Shown: one piece after another, positions 57,746 to 64,000 of the stretch | How positions within the stretch are numbered: the first letter of the stretch is position 1 | Layout: every line of letters begins with the position of its first letter | Source of the DNA: a virus | Lineage: Duplodnaviria; Caudoviricetes | IMG/VR virus record: IMGVR_UViG_3300021387_000272 | Span: 1-64,000 of that record | Length of the DNA: 64,000 bases | Reading direction: 5' to 3' (one strand) | The notes under the pieces: model-generated | What the model was told of the DNA's origin: nothing | The model's input: only the letters and a program-made list of their open reading frames with translations | The model's database searches: none | Program-made: the position numbers and the translations under genes

Positions 57746-58116
57746 AACATTTTAAGTTCATTGAGTTTAATAATCATTTCATAGCAAGCATCAATAGGAT
57801 TATTGAAACACTCTGTTTTATAATTATTTGGCTTCATAAATTCATCATAGTATTGAATCCAATAGTATCCCATATAATTAGAATCTAATGATGGACGACC
57901 TATATTTAGATTTTTAGGCAAAACACTAAGCAATGCTGCAAGACTCCAACAAGGAATATCAATACCTGACGGTTTACTAAAATCTATTGTATAAACTATT
58001 TCATCACAAGGATATAGATTATATTGAGATATTGTATGATACCTCATATCCGCACTCTCAATAGGCAGTATTTCTGCCAACCTTTTGCTTTGCTCTATGT
58101 CTGTGTAACTTCTCAT
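57742..58116 (-). CDS. Hypothetical protein, 124 aa
   Basis: YTDIEQSKRLAEIL...IPCWSLAALLSVLP...NPIDACYEMI pattern. Confidence 0.75.
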   Translation of the reverse strand: MRSYTDIEQSKRLAEILPIESADMRYHTISQYNLYPCDEIVYTIDFSKPSGIDIPCWSLAALLSVLPKNLNIGRPSLDSNYMGYYWIQYYDEFMKPNNYKTECFNNPIDACYEMIIKLNELKML

Positions 58117-58415
58117 TTTCTTTTCTTTTTGTATATTTTGTCTCCTATCTTAAATGCTAATTTCATAAGAATTATAGTTAGTACTGGATAAATTATTATA
58201 CAATTAACGAGTATCAATATAAAATGAACATTTGTACTTATTATGCCATTTAATCTAAGATTCAATATAAAATGCATAAGCCATACAAAAATTGCTGATG
58301 CTATTATATATCCGCACACGCCACAAACGCACCCTATTGCTTCCTCATCATCATGAGGATTTAAGTCGGGAATATCATCTGAATCATAAAATGCCCAAGG
58401 ATTGATAAATATCAT
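58113..58415 (-). CDS. Two-TM membrane protein, 100 aa
   Basis: Two hydrophobic helices and a basic C-terminal tail. Confidence 0.7.
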   Translation of the reverse strand: MIFINPWAFYDSDDIPDLNPHDDEEAIGCVCGVCGYIIASAIFVWLMHFILNLRLNGIISTNVHFILILVNCIIIYPVLTIILMKLAFKIGDKIYKKKRK

Positions 58416-58904
58416 CTAACTTTCCTCCTTAATTTTAAATGTGAGTATATTTTCAAGCGAATACTTCAATGATGCTTCAACAGCTTCTTCATAGTTTTTT
58501 GCTGACACAACAAATGCCTTTTGTTGAGGATTATATTTGTCATTCATCCACCCACCGCTTGCCATGTAGTGCCAGTAGAGCAAGCCACAAGTGTTCCTGC
58601 CTTTTTCATCTTTGACTTTGCCATATATAGGGCTTACACCAACACTTATATACAGTTGATGCACTTCTCTCAACCACTTCATTGCCATTTGATGAGTTGG
58701 AGCAGAAATTCTTGGCACAGAATCATCTTCATAATCTTCTAAACCACCTTCACGATTAAAATGAAGAGATTTTGAAAACAGTGCACACAACTCATATTCC
58801 TCACTATTCCAAATATATGCACTTCTACAAGGCTCATCAAAACCTTTCTCTTTGAGCAGCTTGGCTACTTCTAATGAACAATACGCTTCTTTAATCATAA
58901 TCAT
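58416..58904 (-). CDS. Hypothetical protein, 162 aa
   Basis: YCSLEVAKLLKEKGFDEPC...SAPTHQMAMKWLRE...YEEAVEA pattern. Confidence 0.75.
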   Translation of the reverse strand: MIMIKEAYCSLEVAKLLKEKGFDEPCRSAYIWNSEEYELCALFSKSLHFNREGGLEDYEDDSVPRISAPTHQMAMKWLREVHQLYISVGVSPIYGKVKDEKGRNTCGLLYWHYMASGGWMNDKYNPQQKAFVVSAKNYEEAVEASLKYSLENILTFKIKEES

Positions 58905-59140
58905 TTCTCCTTTAATTGTTCGACAAGTTCTTTCAATTCCTTCTGCCTACGTTCCTTGCAGAAGCGACAGTTGCCTTTGTGAGAATAAACATAAGAATTA
59001 ATGCCATATGTATAGCATTTAATATATTCGCAACTATCTATATTTACTATTTTTAATCCTTCTTTAACATCAATAGTTACTGGTTCTTTGCACCCCGCCA
59101 TCATCAAGGCGGCAAGTGCTAATAGGATAATCTTTTTCAT
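58901..59140 (-). CDS. Putative lipoprotein, 79 aa
   Basis: Signal peptide MKKIILLALAALMMAG-C (lipobox); IDSCEYI...HKGNCRFC. Confidence 0.75.
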   Translation of the reverse strand: MKKIILLALAALMMAGCKEPVTIDVKEGLKIVNIDSCEYIKCYTYGINSYVYSHKGNCRFCKERRQKELKELVEQLKEK

Positions 59141-59143
59141 ATA

Positions 59144-59269
59144 CTAATCTTCTAATTTAATATCTTTGATTTCTAACCATTCTTCAAAGGTTGTTGTATT
59201 AATAGCGCAGTATTGCTCAAATAAAGCAACTTCTGTGTGATATTGGTTTATTGCATCTTGTCTTTTCAT
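59144..59269 (-). CDS. Hypothetical protein, 41 aa, absent from the ORF track
   Basis: MKRQDAINQYHTEVALFEQY...LED*. Confidence 0.55.
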   Translation of the reverse strand: MKRQDAINQYHTEVALFEQYCAINTTTFEEWLEIKDIKLED

Positions 59270-59325
59270 AACTTTATTCTTTATAAGGGTTATTTTCTTC
59301 TGTTACTTCAATAGCAAGATTCGAG

Positions 59326-59757
59326 TCATTTACAGGCTTCTTCAACCATCTGCTCTTTCTGCCATTGAGCACCTGCCTTGAAGATTTCATAGAAACTATT
59401 CTTGTCTGAATCTACAATTCGTTTAAAGGCTTCTACTGCTGCTTCTTCCAAATCATTGCTTACAGGCTCTTCACCTTTCTTGATGATAACTTTATTACCA
59501 TCAATAACTGCGTGATAGCCTTGTGGGATGAAATATGTAGCTTCCATCAGTTCACTGTTTGAAGCTCCAAAAGGGATTACGGATTCTTTGATGCCGAAAT
59601 CTTTTTCGGTATCTGAGAGGGAGTCAATAAATAAAATAAGGTTATTATAACAGTTATTTACTGCTATAATTTCCCTAAGATTCAATATTTCTTTGTTATA
59701 AGAAAGTTCATTTTTAAGCCTTTCAATCTCAGCTTTGATTTTTTCTGCTTTGTTCAT
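59326..59757 (-). CDS. Hypothetical protein, 143 aa (possibly frameshifted near its 3' end)
   Basis: KIKAEIERLK...EPVSNDLEEAA...FKAGAQWQKEQM pattern. Confidence 0.7.
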   Translation of the reverse strand: MNKAEKIKAEIERLKNELSYNKEILNLREIIAVNNCYNNLILFIDSLSDTEKDFGIKESVIPFGASNSELMEATYFIPQGYHAVIDGNKVIIKKGEEPVSNDLEEAAVEAFKRIVDSDKNSFYEIFKAGAQWQKEQMVEEACK

Positions 59758-59759
59758 AG

Positions 59760-60005
59760 TTATAAATCAATTTCTCTTATATTTTTAATACTGCATTTAG
59801 GTATAGTAATGATATTACATACCTGCTCTGGCTTAATTCCGTAGTTCTGTGCAATAGTAACACAGTTGTCCATCTCTTTCAATAAGAACCCTACAGATAT
59901 ACAATCTAAAGATTTTTCATCTACGTCTTCCAAAAGAGTCCAGTCAAATGCTCTGACTGAATCTACCCATTCAATTACTATTATATTTTTTTCTACTTTG
60001 TTCAT
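59760..60005 (-). CDS. Conserved small phage protein, 81 aa
   Basis: VIEWVDS...W...CISVGFLLKE...VTIA...TIPKCSI pattern. Confidence 0.75.
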   Translation of the reverse strand: MNKVEKNIIVIEWVDSVRAFDWTLLEDVDEKSLDCISVGFLLKEMDNCVTIAQNYGIKPEQVCNIITIPKCSIKNIREIDL

Positions 60006-60006
60006 A

Positions 60007-60162
60007 TTACCAAATACTTACATAATAGTTTCCATTATTGTCCTGACTGAGTTCAAGACGTGTAATGTTATCACCTACTCCCTGGTATACAACAGGGATT
60101 TCACAAGAGGTTATCTGCCTTCCTATGGAAGTAGATTGGTCAATTAATTGTTGTAGTGTCAT
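60007..60162 (-). CDS. Hypothetical protein, 51 aa, absent from the ORF track
   Basis: MTLQQLIDQSTSIGRQITSCEIPV...YYVSIW*. Confidence 0.6.
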   Translation of the reverse strand: MTLQQLIDQSTSIGRQITSCEIPVVYQGVGDNITRLELSQDNNGNYYVSIW

Positions 60163-60187
60163 AATTGTTTTGTTTTTAGTTAATAAT

Positions 60188-60291
60188 TAGTGGGGAAGAC
60201 AGGAGTTGCACCCATTACACCAGTATATTATCCTAAGATAATAAGTGGTTTAACTACTCGGACTCTTTTGTGCTTTGAGAATCCCATCCCC
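60188..60291 (-). ncRNA. tRNA-like RNA (atypical; possibly a degenerate tRNA-Leu(UAA))
   Basis: Acceptor GGGGAUG/CUUCCCC followed by A-CUA; T-arm AUGGG-UGCAACU-CCUGU; two internal hairpins; intergenic. Confidence 0.5.
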
Positions 60292-60294
60292 AAA

Positions 60295-60313
60295 TGCCCC
60301 TACACTTAGGGGC
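60295..60313. terminator. GC-rich hairpin just upstream of the tRNA-like element (terminator or processing site)
   Basis: TGCCCCTA-CACT-TAGGGGCA, a perfect 8-bp stem with only a short U run on the - strand. Confidence 0.5.
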
Positions 60314-60375
60314 AAAAACCAACACATGAGATTTTTAAGTACAAGAATTCATTATAAATACTAACCTTCACAGGC

Positions 60376-60945
60376 TTATTTCTTCAACATAGCTATCTTA
60401 TCTTCTATATAAAAGATTGCTTTTTGCAAATCTTCAATAGCTTTGTCTGTATCTGATATACCTTTCTCAGTTTTATGCCCCTGCCTTAAGATATACTTAA
60501 TAGCATTGCCTAAGTCGAAATCCATGTGACGAGTAATATCAATTACCTCAATACCACACAAATCCTTTAGCCAAGTATAATGACTTGGATGATACACTCT
60601 GTCATCTTTTTTAAGTACCTTTCTCTTAGTAGTTTTTGCAGGAGCCATGTTCATAATAGGTATATAACCTATTGCCTTAGGAGAACTTCCTTCCATAGTC
60701 CTTGTAATAGGTAAAGCCAGCTTAGCAAGTATCTTACCTGCCAATTCTCTATTCTTTTCAGGAACAGTATCATAATAGTTTACAAGGGCTTCTTGTAGAG
60801 GTTCTAAAACTTCCTGATATTCTCCTGTCATTCCCATTTTCTGATTTTGAAGAAAGGGCTTCGTTTCATTCTCTATTGGAGGCAAGTTATCTCCAGTAGA
60901 GGAGGAGAAATTGGTGGAGAAATTCTTAGAATTTAGATTGCTCAT
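60376..60945 (-). CDS. DUF3310-family (SaV-like) protein with a long N-terminal extension
   Basis: DRVYHPSHYT...IEVIDITRHMDFDLGNAIKYILRQGHK...EDLQKAIFYI. Confidence 0.85.
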   Translation of the reverse strand: MSNLNSKNFSTNFSSSTGDNLPPIENETKPFLQNQKMGMTGEYQEVLEPLQEALVNYYDTVPEKNRELAGKILAKLALPITRTMEGSSPKAIGYIPIMNMAPAKTTKRKVLKKDDRVYHPSHYTWLKDLCGIEVIDITRHMDFDLGNAIKYILRQGHKTEKGISDTDKAIEDLQKAIFYIEDKIAMLKK

Positions 60946-61204
60946 AACTATCTGTCTTGATAAAATTTTCCATAAGGAGTTTTGGTCCCTTGGTGAAATT
61001 AACTTCTACAATATTTTTAATACGAAGCTTATCTTGAACTCCATTGAATTGGGATTCAGACATAAAACAGCTCTGAGCTTTATTAAGAGTTTCTGCCTGT
61101 ACTACTGCAGTTCCTGCATACTCAATAGTCTGGGCCACTTCTTTAACCTCATAGGTAATAGCAAATAGCCTCATCCTTTCCTTCTTACAATTGTTGTTTG
61201 CCAT
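60926..61204 (-). CDS. Hypothetical protein, 92 aa
   Basis: ORF downstream of the 61254 promoter. Confidence 0.7.
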   Translation of the reverse strand: MANNNCKKERMRLFAITYEVKEVAQTIEYAGTAVVQAETLNKAQSCFMSESQFNGVQDKLRIKNIVEVNFTKGPKLLMENFIKTDSYEQSKF

Positions 61205-61246
61205 ATCAATACTCTATTTTTGTTTTTAATTTCATAACTCTAGGAG

Positions 61247-61290
61247 TATGGTGCAAAGATAAGGAAAATTTCCTAAACCTCTGCACCATA
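61247..61290 (-). promoter_or_regulatory. Leftward promoter -7 element embedded in an inverted repeat
   Basis: TATCTTTGCA on the - strand (61261-61252); flanking inverted repeat TATGGTGCA/TGCACCATA and inner AGGAA-AAT-TTCCT. Confidence 0.65.
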
Positions 61291-61296
61291 ATACTA

Positions 61297-61659
61297 TTAT
61301 TGTGTAAATTCCACTTCACCAAATACTTGGTTAAATAGAGATTGTTCCATATAAACTATAGGGGAGTTTACATCCTTAAACATTCTCTCCTTAGCTTCCT
61401 TGGTAATACCTATTATTCTACCTGTTCTATAGGGATTATTGCCAGATTCTCCATCTCGGACCTCGATTATCATTAAGCCTTTTTGGTTAATGACTTTCTG
61501 ACAGTCATCACAAAAGCCTTGCCTCATATCCTTAGGAGCTTCTGCATCTCCCTTTAGCTTACCAAGTAGAGCTAACCCATATTCTTTACCACAGCATTCG
61601 CAATGGAGAATTGACGGATTAACACCATGTTTCTTAGATATTGTTATACTTCTACCCAT
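61297..61659 (-). CDS. Zn-finger protein, 120 aa
   Basis: HCECCG...FCDDC; HGVNPSI...YRTGR pattern. Confidence 0.75.
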   Translation of the reverse strand: MGRSITISKKHGVNPSILHCECCGKEYGLALLGKLKGDAEAPKDMRQGFCDDCQKVINQKGLMIIEVRDGESGNNPYRTGRIIGITKEAKERMFKDVNSPIVYMEQSLFNQVFGEVEFTQ

Positions 61660-61661
61660 AG

Positions 61662-62060
61662 TTATTCTCCTTCATAAACTTCTTCATCTACTGTCCAATT
61701 ATCACACTCACTTAAAATATGCTCATACTTTCTCTTAAGGAACTTTTCATTAATATTACGTTCTTTGGAAACCTCATGAACTTTATTAAGGTCCTTTTGC
61801 ACATACTGCTTAAGCATCTCAAGTAATTGAGGGATAGTATAATGATTGTCTGTATACACAGAACTCCAATTAGTGTCACTAGTATCTAATTCAATGTGGT
61901 GAGTAGCATCATCATACTCAATGCCATAATCATTTGTATTACAAACTACAGTCTTACTTAAAGATATAGACACTGTGACATCAAACTCCATGTCAGGAAT
62001 TATCTGCTCATTGTATGGAGCATCTGCGTCATTAGCTGCTCCTGGAGGGTAATTATCCAT
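61662..62060 (-). CDS. Hypothetical protein, 132 aa
   Basis: NYPPGAANDADAPYNE N-terminus, common in Bacteroidota phages. Confidence 0.75.
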   Translation of the reverse strand: MDNYPPGAANDADAPYNEQIIPDMEFDVTVSISLSKTVVCNTNDYGIEYDDATHHIELDTSDTNWSSVYTDNHYTIPQLLEMLKQYVQKDLNKVHEVSKERNINEKFLKRKYEHILSECDNWTVDEEVYEGE

Positions 62061-62448
62061 TGTTCTGCTGCTTTTCTATTGATTCTTTATCTAAGTCATA
62101 ATCACTGCCAGGTTTTCCCTCTGTAGTAGGAGGCACTGTATCCTCTTCCTGCTCCTCTATTAACTGTGCTTGGATGTCAAGCCATCTCTTCCAGTTACCA
62201 TCTATGACAGAGGCAATAGGCAACTCAAAGGAAGCCATAATAGGCTGAGTATCATCTCCTTCAACGTAAGAGTAAAGTAGAGAAAGGACTTTTCCGTCTA
62301 TTCTCCAAGACCTGAGAGTTTCTTCCTGAGCATTCTCATTCTTTTTAGGAATAACCTTGAGGATATAATCAAATATCCTCTTGGTTTCTTCCTCAAGAAA
62401 GTTCCTAACAAGTAGGTACTTTATAACATCTTTTCTACTAATTGCCAT
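62053..62448 (-). CDS. Hypothetical protein (about 131 aa)
   Basis: Probable start ATG 62448 (MAISRKDVIKY); the track start at 62472 overlaps polA. Confidence 0.65.
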   Translation of the reverse strand: MAISRKDVIKYLLVRNFLEEETKRIFDYILKVIPKKNENAQEETLRSWRIDGKVLSLLYSYVEGDDTQPIMASFELPIASVIDGNWKRWLDIQAQLIEEQEEDTVPPTTEGKPGSDYDLDKESIEKQQNNG

Positions 62449-62459
62449 AATAATTGTTT

Positions 62460-64000
62460 TTAATGAATCCAATGGTCTGGCAGGCTTCCATCCTTATTTC
62501 TGGATATATCTGCATCAAGTTTACACTTAGTGCAGAATATTTTACCAGCTTCAACCATACAGGTATAAACTACCTTAGCTATTTTCTCTGCCATCTCTTC
62601 AGGAGCTTCCAGATTAATTTCATCATAGGGAGCCACACATATCTTAACTATTCCCTGAAGATTATGCATGGTAATATACTTCCAAAGATATATCATAGAA
62701 TAACGGAGGCACATTGACCCTGTGGCTTGAATAGGATAGTTGATACTCTGCTTTTCAGAGGCAGACTTTCTTTTAAAGAAGTGCCTAACCATCTGAACAG
62801 TATCACAGTCAGGGTGATTTTTCTTCATCTCCCTATAGTAATCCCAGAATCCATCCTCAGACATTCTGCGTTTTTCTGATAAGAGTTCTTCATAGTCATA
62901 AATAAACGCCTTGTGCCCAGTGAGAGGATTTAATAAGATATAACCTTTCTCAAACCAATCCTTGCGTCTGAAATCCTGATATCTCTTAAGACCATTGAAA
63001 CCACTCATATAGTTATTATAAACCTTCTGAGCTTCTTCCAATGGAATACCTTTATTCTGATGAATGGTATTTGCATCACCACCGTAATTAATGGAAAATT
63101 CTATACCTTTGGCTTCCTGTCTATAATCAAGACCTCCATTCTTATGAGACTTCTTGGAGAAATCCTTGATTTCAGAAATAGGCATATCTCTAGGTATCTC
63201 AGGATAAGCCATGTAAGCAGTCAAGCTGTGGATATCTCCAGACCCCTCAGTAAGCTCCTTGATAATGGCTTCATCATTCGCAATAGAAGCCATAAGATAA
63301 GTTTCTTGGCCTGAATAGTCAATAGAAATCCACTTATTACCCTCCTCAGCTACGAAGCAGGCTCTAGTTACCTCATCAGAGGGAAGATTAAGTAGGTTGA
63401 CATATTCTGTCTTACTACTTTTATCCTTACCTCCAGAAGTAATTCTAGTGGTATCTGCACCCATCTGAGAATAGCTTGTATGAATCCTGCCACTTACAGG
63501 ATTAATCTGGTCTAGGAAATTCTGTCCATAAGTACCCACCACTTTGGCAGCTGCCTTATAGTTAAGATAAATAGGAGCAATACTACTAAGTCCCTTCTGA
63601 GGTTCTATAATCTTAGCATCAACACTGTCTTTCTCTTGTCCTGTAGCTTTATCCTTGGTCTTTAAATTAAAACCAAGCTCTTTAAATAGAGGTATTACTT
63701 GCTTAGGACTTGCCCAGTTAATAGTACACTTAGGAGTAGTATCAAAGCCTTCCCATAAATCACCCTGAAGATTTATCCTGGTGAACCTGGTGTCCTTAGG
63801 ATAGTGCTTACATACCCACTCATTCAAGGCATTGATTGTATTGTTGTATTCCTTCTCATCATTCTGCATCTTAGCTTTCCATTTATCAACATCCAGCTTG
63901 ATGCCACAATGTTCCATATAAGCAAGGGGAAGCACAAACTTGTTCTCAACCTTTATGGCATTTGTAAGGCCCTTCTTCTGAAGTTCCTTATATTGCTCTC
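62460..64000 (-). CDS. polA: Family A DNA polymerase, 3' part (5' end beyond the window)
   Basis: Motif A SIDYSGQETYLMA, motif B RQEAKGIEFSINYGG, NYPIQATGS, motif C APYDEINLE; the frame stays open to the window edge. Confidence 0.92.
   Translation of the reverse strand, partial: EQYKELQKKGLTNAIKVENKFVLPLAYMEHCGIKLDVDKWKAKMQNDEKEYNNTINALNEWVCKHYPKDTRFTRINLQGDLWEGFDTTPKCTINWASPKQVIPLFKELGFNLKTKDKATGQEKDSVDAKIIEPQKGLSSIAPIYLNYKAAAKVVGTYGQNFLDQINPVSGRIHTSYSQMGADTTRITSGGKDKSSKTEYVNLLNLPSDEVTRACFVAEEGNKWISIDYSGQETYLMASIANDEAIIKELTEGSGDIHSLTAYMAYPEIPRDMPISEIKDFSKKSHKNGGLDYRQEAKGIEFSINYGGDANTIHQNKGIPLEEAQKVYNNYMSGFNGLKRYQDFRRKDWFEKGYILLNPLTGHKAFIYDYEELLSEKRRMSEDGFWDYYREMKKNHPDCDTVQMVRHFFKRKSASEKQSINYPIQATGSMCLRYSMIYLWKYITMHNLQGIVKICVAPYDEINLEAPEEMAEKIAKVVYTCMVEAGKIFCTKCKLDADISRNKDGSLPDHWIH

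Larger units (their letters stand above)
9352..60901. repeat. Dispersed motif TTRCCTCCARTAGA
   Basis: Exact CCTCCAATAGA at 9352(-), 15981(+), 17111(-), 30039(-), 52024(+), 52119(-) and 60872(-); CCTCCAGTAGA at 18711(-) and 40274(-); further near-matches. Confidence 0.85.

Noticed and set aside
60188-60291. Ochre suppressor tRNA (UUA anticodon) or true tmRNA
   Set aside because: A UUA reading would need G at position 33, and TAA is the main stop codon. There is no G3:U70 pair and no room for a tag reading frame.
62460-64000. Intein or intron in polA, or a modified-base (DpoZ-type) polymerase
   Set aside because: Motifs A, B and C are contiguous with ordinary spacing, and no purZ or base-modification genes are in the window.

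Overview
This 64-kb window is part of a crAss-like (Crassvirales) lytic phage genome from a Bacteroidota host. The evidence is the major capsid protein, ring, muzzle and cargo gene order, a virion RNA polymerase with a DFDVD motif, and TAnnTTTG promoters. Single-gene RNAP, PolA and DUF5675 suggest a Steigviridae/beta-like lineage, but that assignment is inference. Bases 1-51860 (+ strand) are the late module: tail-fibre genes, a small peptide/membrane/HTH operon, a spanin-holin-DUF5675 lysis cassette, capsid, ring and muzzle genes, and five giant cargo proteins (1857, 615, 2064, 3771 and 1339 aa). Bases 51922-64000 (- strand) carry DUF932, about 30 short accessory ORFs, a tRNA-like element, DUF3310 and the 3' part of a family A DNA polymerase. 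The two blocks converge on a bidirectional terminator at about 51.9 kb. No CRISPR array, rRNA, integrase or stop-codon recoding was seen. Four observations stand out. (1) A dispersed non-palindromic DNA motif, TTRCCTCCARTAGA, occurs in intergenic DNA and in several reading frames, singly and as inverted pairs. (2) The 3771-aa virion RNAP is fused to a Dda/RecD-like helicase, an HExxH zincin, a SLOG domain and a DUF4326-like domain. (3) The first cargo protein is built from modules delimited by [FY]xxGG and carries two GH24 lysozymes; an unannotated 42-aa basic peptide has the same motif. (4) There is an atypical 101-nt tRNA-like RNA. Family assignments come from motif recognition by eye; no searches were run.
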